Under the pieces are notes generated by a model. The model was not told where the DNA came from. It saw only the letters and a program-made list of their open reading frames with translations, and did not search any database. Of a DNA stretch of 32,000 nt, positions 1 through 8,210 are shown in pieces. Positions within the stretch are counted from its first letter, which is position 1; every line of letters starts with the position of its first letter. A program made the translations under genes and the position numbers. Source of the DNA: Raphidiopsis brookii D9 (GTDB lineage: Bacteria > Cyanobacteriota > Cyanobacteriia > Cyanobacteriales > Nostocaceae); contig ACYB01000035.1 in NCBI GenBank assembly GCA_000175855.1, forward strand, positions 30,001 through 62,000, in the 5' to 3' direction.

Positions 1-669
1 GATTTCCGGGAGTTTTCGCTCATCCCACCCTGGAAAACTGAATTATTAGTCCAAGCTGTGAATCAAGCTGCTCAAGATGTTGGTATCAAACTAAAACCAC
101 AAGTTGCTGAAACTTTGGCGGAATCTATTGGTAATGATAGCCGACTTCTCCACACAGAAATGGAAAAATTGCGTCTTTATTTAGCTAGTAGTAATCATCC
201 ACTGAATAGTGCAATTGTAACCCAACTAGTCAGAAATACCACTCAAAACACCCTTCAATTAGCTGCAGCCATTAAAATCGGTGATTCGGCCGAAGCATTG
301 GGCATTTTAGGAGATTTAATTGGTGCTGCTGAACCGGGACTAAGAATAGTTGCTACCCTCACGGGTCAATTCCGTACTTGGCTATGGGTAAAAATGATGA
401 TGGAATCGGGAGAGCGCAATCCTCAGGCGATCGCCCAGGGTGCGGAGGTCAGCAATCCTAAGCGGACTTACTTCTTACAGCAAGAAGTCAAATCTCTATC
501 TGTAGAACAGCTTGTTTTCTCCTTACCCATACTGTTGGAATTAGAAGTTAGTCTCAAGCAAGGAGCTTCGGAGATCCCTACCCTCCAAACTAAAGTAATT
601 GAACTTTGCCAACTATATCAGAAATCCGGAACTTTTCAACCTGAAAATAAATCAAATCTACTAACATAA
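1..669 (+). CDS. holA: DNA polymerase III subunit delta (HolA), C-terminal part; the 5' end lies upstream of the window
   Basis: Frame 1 is open from base 1 (DFREFSLIPPWKTELLVQAV...) into the listed ORF 58..669, ending at TAA 667-669. The sequence (LRIVATLTGQFRTWLWVK, LPILLELEVSLKQG) resembles the HolA C-terminal domain by recall. Confidence 0.7.
   Translation, partial: DFREFSLIPPWKTELLVQAVNQAAQDVGIKLKPQVAETLAESIGNDSRLLHTEMEKLRLYLASSNHPLNSAIVTQLVRNTTQNTLQLAAAIKIGDSAEALGILGDLIGAAEPGLRIVATLTGQFRTWLWVKMMMESGERNPQAIAQGAEVSNPKRTYFLQQEVKSLSVEQLVFSLPILLELEVSLKQGASEIPTLQTKVIELCQLYQKSGTFQPENKSNLLT
427..434. repeat. HIP1 octamer GCGATCGC
   Basis: Exact palindromic match read from the sequence. Confidence 0.95.
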
Positions 670-915
670 ATATGGGTGTATATCTTAAACCAAGAGGTAA
701 TGACAATTCCAAAGCCTCTATATTTACGCGTCATGGGCAAAACAAATCTTGTACTAGTTATCAACTTTTATTATGATCTCTAACCTGTTAAAATTTCCCT
801 CTTACCAATTCTCACTGCTGTTAGTTTAATCTTTACTCTCGCACTAACTAGTAAAGCCAATGGTCAAAACCCAGCTATCACCAGCACCGAAATCACTAAC
901 TATGCCCAAACAGTA

Positions 916-1197
916 ATGATTATGGAACCTAAACGTCAGCAAGCTTTCAAGGAGATTAAAACCCTAATTAATACCAGATCCATTCCCATAATTATTTGTA
1001 ACGATGTAAACAGTATCAAATTACTACCGAGGGATGCCCAGAAAATAGCTATCAACTATTGTAATGAGTATGAAGAAACAGTATCTGAAAACAATCTTAC
1101 CGTTGACAGGTTTAATCAAATCACAGTAGAAGTTAATAATAATAGTGTTTTAAGAGAAAGAGTACAAAAATTAATGATGGAGAAAATGGGACTTTAA
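916..1197 (+). CDS. DUF4168-like secreted/periplasmic protein. The listed ORF starts inside the protein, and its signal peptide is encoded upstream without an in-frame start (see finding).
   Basis: The ORF translation (EPKRQQAFKEIK...) resembles the DUF4168 repeat by recall. Frame 1 stays open back to 784 and encodes a hydrophobic signal-like segment. Confidence 0.6.
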   Translation: MIMEPKRQQAFKEIKTLINTRSIPIIICNDVNSIKLLPRDAQKIAINYCNEYEETVSENNLTVDRFNQITVEVNNNSVLRERVQKLMMEKMGL

Positions 1198-1296
1198 TAG
1201 TGCTTTGAGAAAGATCACCAAAATTATAGAATATAATGGGTGGTGGGAGGAAAACCAAACTTCCACACGTAGTAGATCCACAATTATTGAAGAGCA

Positions 1297-1578
1297 GTGT
1301 CAGTCGAAACCATTGAAAAACCGTCCACAACCCGCAAGCTGGCGCCCCGTTATCGCGTCTTGCTGCATAATGACGACTATAATTCCATGGAGTACGTCGT
1401 TCAGGTACTTCTTTCCACCATACCCAGTCTCACCCAACCTCAAGCTGTTACCATTATGATGGAAGCTCACAGTAATGGGTTAGCTTTGGTTATAAGCTGC
1501 GCTTTAGAGCATGCTGAATTTTATTGTGAAAGTTTAAATAATCATGGTCTTACTAGCACCATTGAACCTGACGATTAG
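1297..1578 (+). CDS. clpS: ATP-dependent Clp protease adaptor ClpS
   Basis: 93 aa with a GTG start. The core RYRVLLHNDDYNSMEYVVQVL...MMEAHSNGLALV is the canonical ClpS fold signature. Confidence 0.85.
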   Translation: MSVETIEKPSTTRKLAPRYRVLLHNDDYNSMEYVVQVLLSTIPSLTQPQAVTIMMEAHSNGLALVISCALEHAEFYCESLNNHGLTSTIEPDD

Positions 1579-2381
1579 TGATAAAAAATAATATTAAAAT
1601 GTTTAGACCTAGCCAAATAGCTTTGTGGATTTCCCAGAGACCTGCTCCGCAGAGGGTGGGCTGTTTTGTATTATGTTTGTTAGTATTATGGTTGCCTTTT
1701 GTCATACCAATATACTTATTGGTGGAAGATGGCAATTTAGAAAGCATTTTCAGCATGGTCTTGCTATATGGAGAGTTTATTGTCTTGGTTAGGTTATGGG
1801 GGAAAAAAATTTATCAAAGAGACAAAATACTAACTGACTATGGTTTAGAGCTGTCTAGCTTAAACGGTGTAGATTTCTGTCAGGGTTTAAGTATAGGAGT
1901 ATTAAGCATTATATTACTATTTAGCATACAAGGTTTATTAGGTTGGATCCTATGGCAACCGCCAAAAGCATTTATAGTTCAAATCATCTGGGAAGGTTTA
2001 CTAGTTGCTAGTGGTGTTGGTTTTGCAGAAGAATTATTATTTCGTGGTTGGTTGCTAGATGAGCTGAACCGAGATTATGGTTCCCGTTTATCCACGGCAA
2101 TAAATGCCATTTTATTTGCAGTTGCCCATTTCATTCGACCAATATCAGCTATTATTAGTACCTTACCGCAATTTCCAGCTTTAGTATTACTAGGCTTAAC
2201 TCAAGTGTGGGGAAAGCATAAGAAAAGAGGAAGATTGGGTTTACCCATGGGTTTACATAGTGGATTGGTTTGGGGATACTATATTATTAATGTGGGAGGA
2301 CTGGTTCAACCTTCAGGAATAGTTCCCGATTGGGTGACAGGTGTTAATAATAATCCCTTCAAGGTATTGTGGGAATGTTAG
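1578..2381 (+). CDS. CPBP family intramembrane glutamic endopeptidase (CAAX protease / Abi family)
   Basis: Multi-TM protein with the CPBP motifs GFAEELLFRGW and FAVAHF. The GTG at 1578 overlaps the clpS stop; an alternative ATG start is at 1599. The C-terminus appears frame-disrupted (see finding). Confidence 0.8.
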   Translation: MIKNNIKMFRPSQIALWISQRPAPQRVGCFVLCLLVLWLPFVIPIYLLVEDGNLESIFSMVLLYGEFIVLVRLWGKKIYQRDKILTDYGLELSSLNGVDFCQGLSIGVLSIILLFSIQGLLGWILWQPPKAFIVQIIWEGLLVASGVGFAEELLFRGWLLDELNRDYGSRLSTAINAILFAVAHFIRPISAIISTLPQFPALVLLGLTQVWGKHKKRGRLGLPMGLHSGLVWGYYIINVGGLVQPSGIVPDWVTGVNNNPFKVLWEC

Positions 2382-2473
2382 GTATGGCTCTGTTGGCATA
2401 TCAAATGCGGGTAAAATAGGGTAAATGCTCTTGTAATCTTCTTACAATCTATATAATGGAATAGTTTTAGACC

Positions 2474-3361
2474 ATGAAAGAATTGAAAACACTATATTTC
2501 CTGTCAATGCAAAATCTAATCCATGTTATTTTTGCTGCTTTTTGCATTATCATTAACTTGACACTTATTGTAATAACTACGTGCCTACCAGCAGAAGCAA
2601 TATCACTACAAACTAAACCAGATACAATAGAGAGTAATGTGACATCCATTCACCTATTATTAGGTAATCCCAGTAATGCCACATCCAGTCTTGACAATCC
2701 AGATAATTATCTAATGATAAAACCTCAATATGCATTGTCCTACAATCGCAGTCATGGTAGTGCTAACTGGGTTACTTGGCAACTTGATAAATCCTGGTTA
2801 GGAGATGCTAAACGCCAAGATGATTTTAGACCGGATGACACCCTACCTAATGGTTGGACGCGTGTAAAGCCAAGTGTTTACAACAGTTCGGGATATGATA
2901 GAGGTCACATTGCCAGATCAGCAGACAGAACCCAGAGTGTGGAAGACAATTCGGCCACTTTTTTAATGACTAATATTATTCCTCAAACACCGGACAACAA
3001 CCGTAATACCTGGGGTAATTTAGAGGACTATAGTATGAAATTAGCTGGGGAAGGAAAGCAACTTTATATTATTGCTGGTGGGTTTGGTGACAAAGGTAAA
3101 CTGAAAAATTTGGTGACAATTCCCCAATACACCTGGAAGATTATTGTGGTTTTAGATCGACCTGGTTTGGGACTGAAAGATGTGAATGTCAACACTCGTG
3201 TGATTGCTGTCAATATTCCCAATGATGAACAACTGGATAATAATTGGAGAGTCTTTAGAACCAGTGTTGACAAGTTAGAAGAATTAACAGGATATGATTT
3301 TCTCTCTACTGTTTCTCCTGATATTCAGAAAGTAATTGAAAGCCAAGTTGATAACTTGTAA
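2474..3361 (+). CDS. nucA: Secreted DNA/RNA non-specific endonuclease (Serratia/Anabaena NucA family)
   Basis: N-terminal hydrophobic signal/anchor (IHVIFAAFCIIINLTLIVITT). The active-site block SGYDRGHIARSADR plus the downstream TNIIPQ...N matches the DRGH nuclease family. Confidence 0.8.
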   Translation: MKELKTLYFLSMQNLIHVIFAAFCIIINLTLIVITTCLPAEAISLQTKPDTIESNVTSIHLLLGNPSNATSSLDNPDNYLMIKPQYALSYNRSHGSANWVTWQLDKSWLGDAKRQDDFRPDDTLPNGWTRVKPSVYNSSGYDRGHIARSADRTQSVEDNSATFLMTNIIPQTPDNNRNTWGNLEDYSMKLAGEGKQLYIIAGGFGDKGKLKNLVTIPQYTWKIIVVLDRPGLGLKDVNVNTRVIAVNIPNDEQLDNNWRVFRTSVDKLEELTGYDFLSTVSPDIQKVIESQVDNL

Positions 3362-3378
3362 CCACCCCATTTCCAGTT

Positions 3379-3816
3379 CTAATCTTTAGCGTACTTGTCA
3401 AGAATCTGCGCTAAATCAGGTACCACTTCTTCCACATGCTTTTTGGCTGACACTCGTAGTTTGCTATAAACACCCTTGATGGTGGAATTAGTGCTTTTTT
3501 CAATACGAATATCAGTAACACTAAATATGGCATCTGCTGTACGAGAGCGATTTTGGGTGAGGTGGGTTACCGCATCTCCCGTTTCTAATCCCTCATTCCA
3601 TAATGGTTCAAGTGCAGCAAAAGATTGTGGTAAAAGACGTTCAACCGCCCCAGCACAATACTTGGGACTTATTCCCTTAATAGTAGCATAGCCAGCTTTA
3701 ATGGCAATGCCAGAAATACCTCCAATATTGGCAACTCGTGTTTCTAATAAATTCATGCAGTCAGCTACCAGCATTTGTCTTTTATCATCATTTTTTAGAC
3801 CATCAATCAGAGCCAT
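3379..3816 (-). CDS. Hypothetical soluble protein, 145 aa, no family recognised
   Basis: Clean ATG ORF that is non-repetitive with balanced composition. It converges on nucA with a 17-nt gap. Confidence 0.6.
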   Translation of the reverse strand: MALIDGLKNDDKRQMLVADCMNLLETRVANIGGISGIAIKAGYATIKGISPKYCAGAVERLLPQSFAALEPLWNEGLETGDAVTHLTQNRSRTADAIFSVTDIRIEKSTNSTIKGVYSKLRVSAKKHVEEVVPDLAQILDKYAKD

Positions 3817-3970
3817 GTTTATTTTTCCTTCTAAGAATCTCTTGAGTAGTTTATATGTAGCACAACCCAGTTAGCAAGTGATAAACAACAGAATCAGGAC
3901 TGTTATTTTGGTTTTTAAAAACTTACCAAATAATCAAAACAAACAATAAATAATTCTCTTAAATCTAAAT

Positions 3971-4060
3971 CTAATTCCGATTTTTAAAAATCGCCCAAAT
4001 AATAAATAGGGCAAATCCCAAGTATGCAAAAACGGTCAACCATTCCGCAAGGTTACTCAT
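3971..4060 (-). CDS. Candidate 29-aa single-pass membrane micro-protein (below the ORF-track cutoff)
   Basis: My translation of the minus strand gives ATG 4060-4058 ... TAG 3973-3971 = MSNLAEWLTVFAYLGFALFIIWAIFKNRN. It has a polar N-terminus, a ~20-aa hydrophobic core and a basic C-terminus. It is on the same strand as its neighbours, 24 nt after the pentapeptide gene stop. Confidence 0.3.
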   Translation of the reverse strand: MSNLAEWLTVFAYLGFALFIIWAIFKNRN

Positions 4061-4084
4061 ATCCTATATTTTTCCCGATAAATC

Positions 4085-4759
4085 CTAATCATGATAAGTT
4101 TCTAGAATTGTACCCAATAAACAAGCTTGATATAAATTAGCTCCATTTAGACTAGCTGCTTCCAGCTCAGCACAAAGTAAATTTGCTCCTGCTAAATTTG
4201 CTCCTGCTAGATTGGCTCCTCTTAAATCGGACTCTTCTAGATTCGCTTGATTTAATAATGCTCCTTGTAGGTCTGCACGACTCAAATCAGCACCTTTAAG
4301 GTTTGCTCCAGTGAGGTTAGCACCTCGTAGATCAGCATCCCTGAGATCAACCCCCTGCAAGTTAACACTCATCAGGTTAGCACCGCTGAGAAAAGCTGCA
4401 GTTAAAGATGCTCCCGCAACTGTGGCGCCCATTAAATTTGCACCTCGTAAATTACTCCCCCTCAGATCTGCACCAGTGAGATCTGCTTGCATTAGATTGG
4501 CCCCTAGTAGATTTGCTCGTAAATCTGCTCCCTGCAAGCTTGCACCCATTAAGTTAGCTCCTTCAAGATGTGATCCCTCCAGGTTAACACTGACTAAATG
4601 GGCACCCATTAAATTTGCACCTGCTAAATTCGCGGCAGTTAGGTCAAATTCAGACAAGTCCTGGTCTTCTAAATTTGCACCTGGTAGTTGTTTAGTTTTT
4701 TCTGATTTTAGAGTTTCTATGTTCATTTTGGTTCTTAGATTTGAGATTGGTTGAATCAT
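4085..4759 (-). CDS. Pentapeptide-repeat protein
   Basis: Nearly the whole protein is A(D/N)LxG-type pentapeptide repeats (ANLMGAHL, ADLRGANL ...). Its start ATG forms an ATGA overlap with the stop of the upstream gene. Confidence 0.9.
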   Translation of the reverse strand: MIQPISNLRTKMNIETLKSEKTKQLPGANLEDQDLSEFDLTAANLAGANLMGAHLVSVNLEGSHLEGANLMGASLQGADLRANLLGANLMQADLTGADLRGSNLRGANLMGATVAGASLTAAFLSGANLMSVNLQGVDLRDADLRGANLTGANLKGADLSRADLQGALLNQANLEESDLRGANLAGANLAGANLLCAELEAASLNGANLYQACLLGTILETYHD

Positions 4760-6024
4760 GACTGTCGGGAATCAATTAACCACATAGTATTACTAAATTT
4801 GGGTAGATCCAGTCCCTGTTGTAAACCCAAGACTAATAAGTTAAGGGTATTTATTAGTTCAGGGTCAAAGCGAGTCTGCTCTTGCTGTTTGCATTTGGAA
4901 AAAGCGAGGGCAAATATATCCTCCATACTTTGGGAATTTTTGTGCTGTTGGTTAATCTCCCGTTGAAATTCCATGAGTAAAGCTATAATTCTCGACTCTA
5001 AAGGAATTTCTTCCCCGGACAACCCCTCCGGAACACCACTACCATTCCACCACTCATTCTGATGGATAATTATTCGAGCTATGTCCTGTAATTCTGGCAT
5101 GATCTCTAACACCTGCACTTCCCCATTGGTTTTATTTTGTTTCAGGTTATATATACGATGTAGTAAAGCGGCTAAACGTAATCTTTTAATTTGCCATGGG
5201 GGAAGATCAAGTAATTGTGCCATAACTTCTGCCATTCCTGCTACCTGAACCGCAGCCATGGGATTCTCAATATCTCTCATCTCTATCAATTCAGCCATCC
5301 GCAATAAAGCCTGTAATTCGTTAGAAACTAAGTTACGACTCAGAGAGTTTTTCTTTGTGGCGGATGTAACAGTGTTTTCACTACTCTGTAAGTACTCAAT
5401 GACACGAGATACAATTACCCCAACCTCCTCAGAAGAAGCCATTTGCGTCTCAATTATCTGTTTATGGCTATTGAGCTTGCGTGCCAATTCCTGATTGTAA
5501 TTTTCTATATGGGCGATCGCCAGTTCTGTAGTTTTGAGGACTAAATCTGGCTCAAAGGTCCACATTCCATAAAACTTCCTTTCCAGGTCAGAAGTTGGCA
5601 AACCCTGCATGCCATAATCCCCATCCGATAATTCCTGACAAATAACCATTGATGCGTAACTAGGAGCCAAAATAATTAAATGCCATTCTTGGGATAAGGG
5701 ATCTGTGGTGTTCAACTCCACCAAATTGACGTTTGGCAGCTGACTGGTGGAATGTGCTGTAAAACCCGCGTCATCAGTAGCCATAATCACAACATCTTGA
5801 CTACATGCTGCTATCTCCCTGTATCTATCAGCTTCTTGTAAATACCATTTACCGCGTTGAAAACAAGTAACCACTAGAGGGCGCTCTCTCTTGTCTAGGA
5901 TATGGTCTTCCAGTGCGTGACAGAGAGAGACCAGGGTATTTTTATAATACACTCCATAGCGAATAGGTCGGTTACTATGGCGGCAAACGGTTTCTAGTTG
6001 TTGGAGAATAGAACCTTTTAACAT
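4756..6024 (-). CDS. DICT sensory domain protein with a C-terminal degenerate HD-GYP-like domain
   Basis: The N-terminal half (YYKNTLVSLCHALEDHIL...PLVVTCFQRGKWYLQEADRY) resembles the DICT domain by recall. The C-terminus has LAALLHRIYN and HQNEWWNGSGVPEGL, i.e. altered HD and HHExxDGxGYP motifs. Start is taken at ATG 6024; GTG 6060 (the ORF-track start) is the alternative. Confidence 0.75.
   Translation of the reverse strand: MLKGSILQQLETVCRHSNRPIRYGVYYKNTLVSLCHALEDHILDKRERPLVVTCFQRGKWYLQEADRYREIAACSQDVVIMATDDAGFTAHSTSQLPNVNLVELNTTDPLSQEWHLIILAPSYASMVICQELSDGDYGMQGLPTSDLERKFYGMWTFEPDLVLKTTELAIAHIENYNQELARKLNSHKQIIETQMASSEEVGVIVSRVIEYLQSSENTVTSATKKNSLSRNLVSNELQALLRMAELIEMRDIENPMAAVQVAGMAEVMAQLLDLPPWQIKRLRLAALLHRIYNLKQNKTNGEVQVLEIMPELQDIARIIIHQNEWWNGSGVPEGLSGEEIPLESRIIALLMEFQREINQQHKNSQSMEDIFALAFSKCKQQEQTRFDPELINTLNLLVLGLQQGLDLPKFSNTMWLIDSRQS
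5513..5520. repeat. HIP1 octamer GCGATCGC
   Basis: Exact palindromic match read from the sequence. Confidence 0.95.
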
Positions 6025-6049
6025 GAGAGGAGGGGGGTGGGATAATGAT

Positions 6050-7645
6050 TTAAGATACACTAGCCAAATTTTCTGGCCGAGTCCTTTCCATGGGAGCTGT
6101 CAATGCTGATTCCAAGTCAGCACAACCTAACTGTTCTTCTAAGATGTTCATTACCTCTCTTCCGAAATCGTTAGGATTACGACGCCAGGCCTGTAAACAT
6201 ACTTCTCCAAAAAAAGAACCAAGTGGTTCTGGGTTCCACAGAAGTTTTTTAGCTGTCCAAGGCATTAAACTCATAGGATTATAACCTGGTTTGAGGACAC
6301 CAGTTTTAAACGCATATTCTTCTAGATGGGTATGGGGTTGCAATCCAATAAAGAAAATTGCCGGTTCCACCTTATCACTGCCAAATATTCTTTCTAGCTC
6401 TCGATGATAGGCAATAGTTTGACGAATGGTTTCAAAATTTTCATCAATAACATTAAAAGAGTAGTTGACGGAAACTAAATCATTAAAACCTGCTAGTTTC
6501 AGATCTCGGCAGTTTTGTAAGACCGTGCGCAAGTTATAACCCATACGCATTTTGCGTACAAGTTCCTGAGAACCGCTAGTAATACCAATTTCAAAGTAAT
6601 TCATGCCAGTTTTAGCCATCAACTGACACAGTTCAGGTGTTAGGTTGTCTGCTCTAATATAGGCGGCCCAATGGATACCCGTCATACCAGAATCAACTAT
6701 TTTCCCTAATAGTTCTATGGCATCATCAATATACTTACGAGCGGGGATAAATTGGGCATCAGTAAACCAGAAGTTACGAACCCCACGTTCATATAACTGT
6801 CTGATTTCAGCTACCACTTCATCAGCAGGGTTAATACGAACTTGTTTACCTTCTACCACAGTGTATACACAATAGCAACAATTATGGGGGCAACCACGCT
6901 TGGTTTGTACTCCAATATAGAAATCTTTGTCCTGTAAATAATAGTTGAATTCCGGCCAAACGGTTTCGATATAATCGTAGTTGCAAGCGGTTTTTTCTAA
7001 GGGGGTTGGTTGTTCGTGAATTAACCGTTGACGGGGAGTATTTTGCCCTACCACATAACAGCGTTCATCACGGAATTCTTCTCCTTTGAGATATTTAGTT
7101 AGTAAGGTTTCTCCTTCCCCCACAGAAACAATTGTTCCCTCAGGTAAACTTTTCCCCAACTGTTCATAAAATACACTCACTGCTCCACCACCAACTACTG
7201 CACGTGCTTGAGCCTGGTATTTTTTGGCGCGTTTCATCCCACCCCGGATTAACCCTAGGTTTCGCCAAAGTTCTAAATAATAGGCAATGAAGATGCGCAA
7301 CCCACCCAAAGCTCCCCGTAATTTGATTAAGGGATTTTTGGCGTAGTAAAATTCAAAGGCGTTTTGTAAAGGGTTACCACCTCTACCGCCCACGGGAGCA
7401 TATATTTGAATATCTCGCCAAGAAAAAACTAATAGTGTGGGTTGAAATTCATCTATACATCTATCCAGCGCAGTACCATAGTCCAGGGGTGGAACTGTGC
7501 CCAGGTCAAAAATTCGTTGTTCAATGTCAGGGAATTGTTTGTGAACATGATCACAAAGGTAAACTACCCCAATAGGAAAGATGGGGTTACAGGGAAGACG
7601 AACATAAAGTATTCGGTTTGCCATCATGGTTGTTTTAACTGCCAT
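6050..7645 (-). CDS. B12-binding-domain radical SAM protein (about 530 aa cyanobacterial family)
   Basis: The CX3CX2C cluster motif C252-PHN-C256-C-Y-C259 is encoded at 6869-6892. It follows an N-terminal Rossmann-like B12-binding-type region (RILYVRLPCNPIFPIGVVYL). ATG start at 7645. Confidence 0.85.
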   Translation of the reverse strand: MAVKTTMMANRILYVRLPCNPIFPIGVVYLCDHVHKQFPDIEQRIFDLGTVPPLDYGTALDRCIDEFQPTLLVFSWRDIQIYAPVGGRGGNPLQNAFEFYYAKNPLIKLRGALGGLRIFIAYYLELWRNLGLIRGGMKRAKKYQAQARAVVGGGAVSVFYEQLGKSLPEGTIVSVGEGETLLTKYLKGEEFRDERCYVVGQNTPRQRLIHEQPTPLEKTACNYDYIETVWPEFNYYLQDKDFYIGVQTKRGCPHNCCYCVYTVVEGKQVRINPADEVVAEIRQLYERGVRNFWFTDAQFIPARKYIDDAIELLGKIVDSGMTGIHWAAYIRADNLTPELCQLMAKTGMNYFEIGITSGSQELVRKMRMGYNLRTVLQNCRDLKLAGFNDLVSVNYSFNVIDENFETIRQTIAYHRELERIFGSDKVEPAIFFIGLQPHTHLEEYAFKTGVLKPGYNPMSLMPWTAKKLLWNPEPLGSFFGEVCLQAWRRNPNDFGREVMNILEEQLGCADLESALTAPMERTRPENLASVS

Positions 7646-7696
7646 CTTGCCAACTTATCGGGGACTTTTGAAGTTAGAAACTCAATTTATCTACTA

Positions 7697-8155
7697 TTAT
7701 AGATACTTTTGAACCACATTCCAACCTGTGAGACAGACCCAAGCAAAACCGAAAAACAGGATTCCATTCAGGGTGATGTGTAAGGGTCTGGCCCAAAATT
7801 TGCCCTCGCTAATTTGACTAGCACTAAGAGCAGAAATCAGAACCAGTATGACTACGGTTAATCCAGCAAATAAATGGGAAGAATGCCCTAGGGAACCAAA
7901 ATGCCCTATTGTACCAACTATACCAATTAATAACAGTAATAATACTAAAAATATCAGGGTAATACCAAGAAAATAATGGAAGGTTTTGACCAAATTATTG
8001 ACTTTTGGCACAACTACGCCTACGGGAGATCTACCATTAGTTCTGACTTGCCATAACCAGTAAGCTGTAATAGCTAGAATAGTATAGACGAAAATGGCTA
8101 GACCCATAGACCAAGCAGCTATTCTCCATAGCCATAAAAAAGAAGGTAGGTGCAT
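7697..8155 (-). CDS. Four-TM His-rich membrane protein (DUF4079-like by recall)
   Basis: Start is taken at ATG 8155 (MHLPSFLWLW...). The longer ORF-track start at 8251 would run through a strong terminator hairpin at 8217-8240. Four predicted helices have His residues at the helix ends. Confidence 0.65.
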   Translation of the reverse strand: MHLPSFLWLWRIAAWSMGLAIFVYTILAITAYWLWQVRTNGRSPVGVVVPKVNNLVKTFHYFLGITLIFLVLLLLLIGIVGTIGHFGSLGHSSHLFAGLTVVILVLISALSASQISEGKFWARPLHITLNGILFFGFAWVCLTGWNVVQKYL

Positions 8156-8210
8156 ATATGTTTTTCTTACAGTTTCAATCTCGATTATCCCAACATTTGG
8201 TATGTATTTC

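Noticed and set aside
700-783. 27-codon frame-1 ORF (MTIPKPLYLRVMGKTNLVLVINFYYDL) ending at TAA 781-783, immediately before the open frame of the DUF4168-like gene. It was considered as evidence for a nonsense mutation or readthrough.
   Set aside because: The fused product would not resemble a signal peptide. The ATG 773 plus A-run repair gives a far better N-terminus, so the frameshift explanation is preferred.
1205-1459. 84-aa ORF overlapping the clpS 5' region in another frame, plus the minus-strand ORF at 1133-1330
   Set aside because: clpS in the other frame is unambiguous, and these overlapping ORFs show no recognisable features.
4311-4754. 147-aa plus-strand ORF, antisense to the pentapeptide-repeat gene
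   Set aside because: Its Ala/Pro/Arg/Ser-rich periodic sequence mirrors the pentapeptide repeats on the other strand. It is a shadow ORF of repetitive coding DNA.
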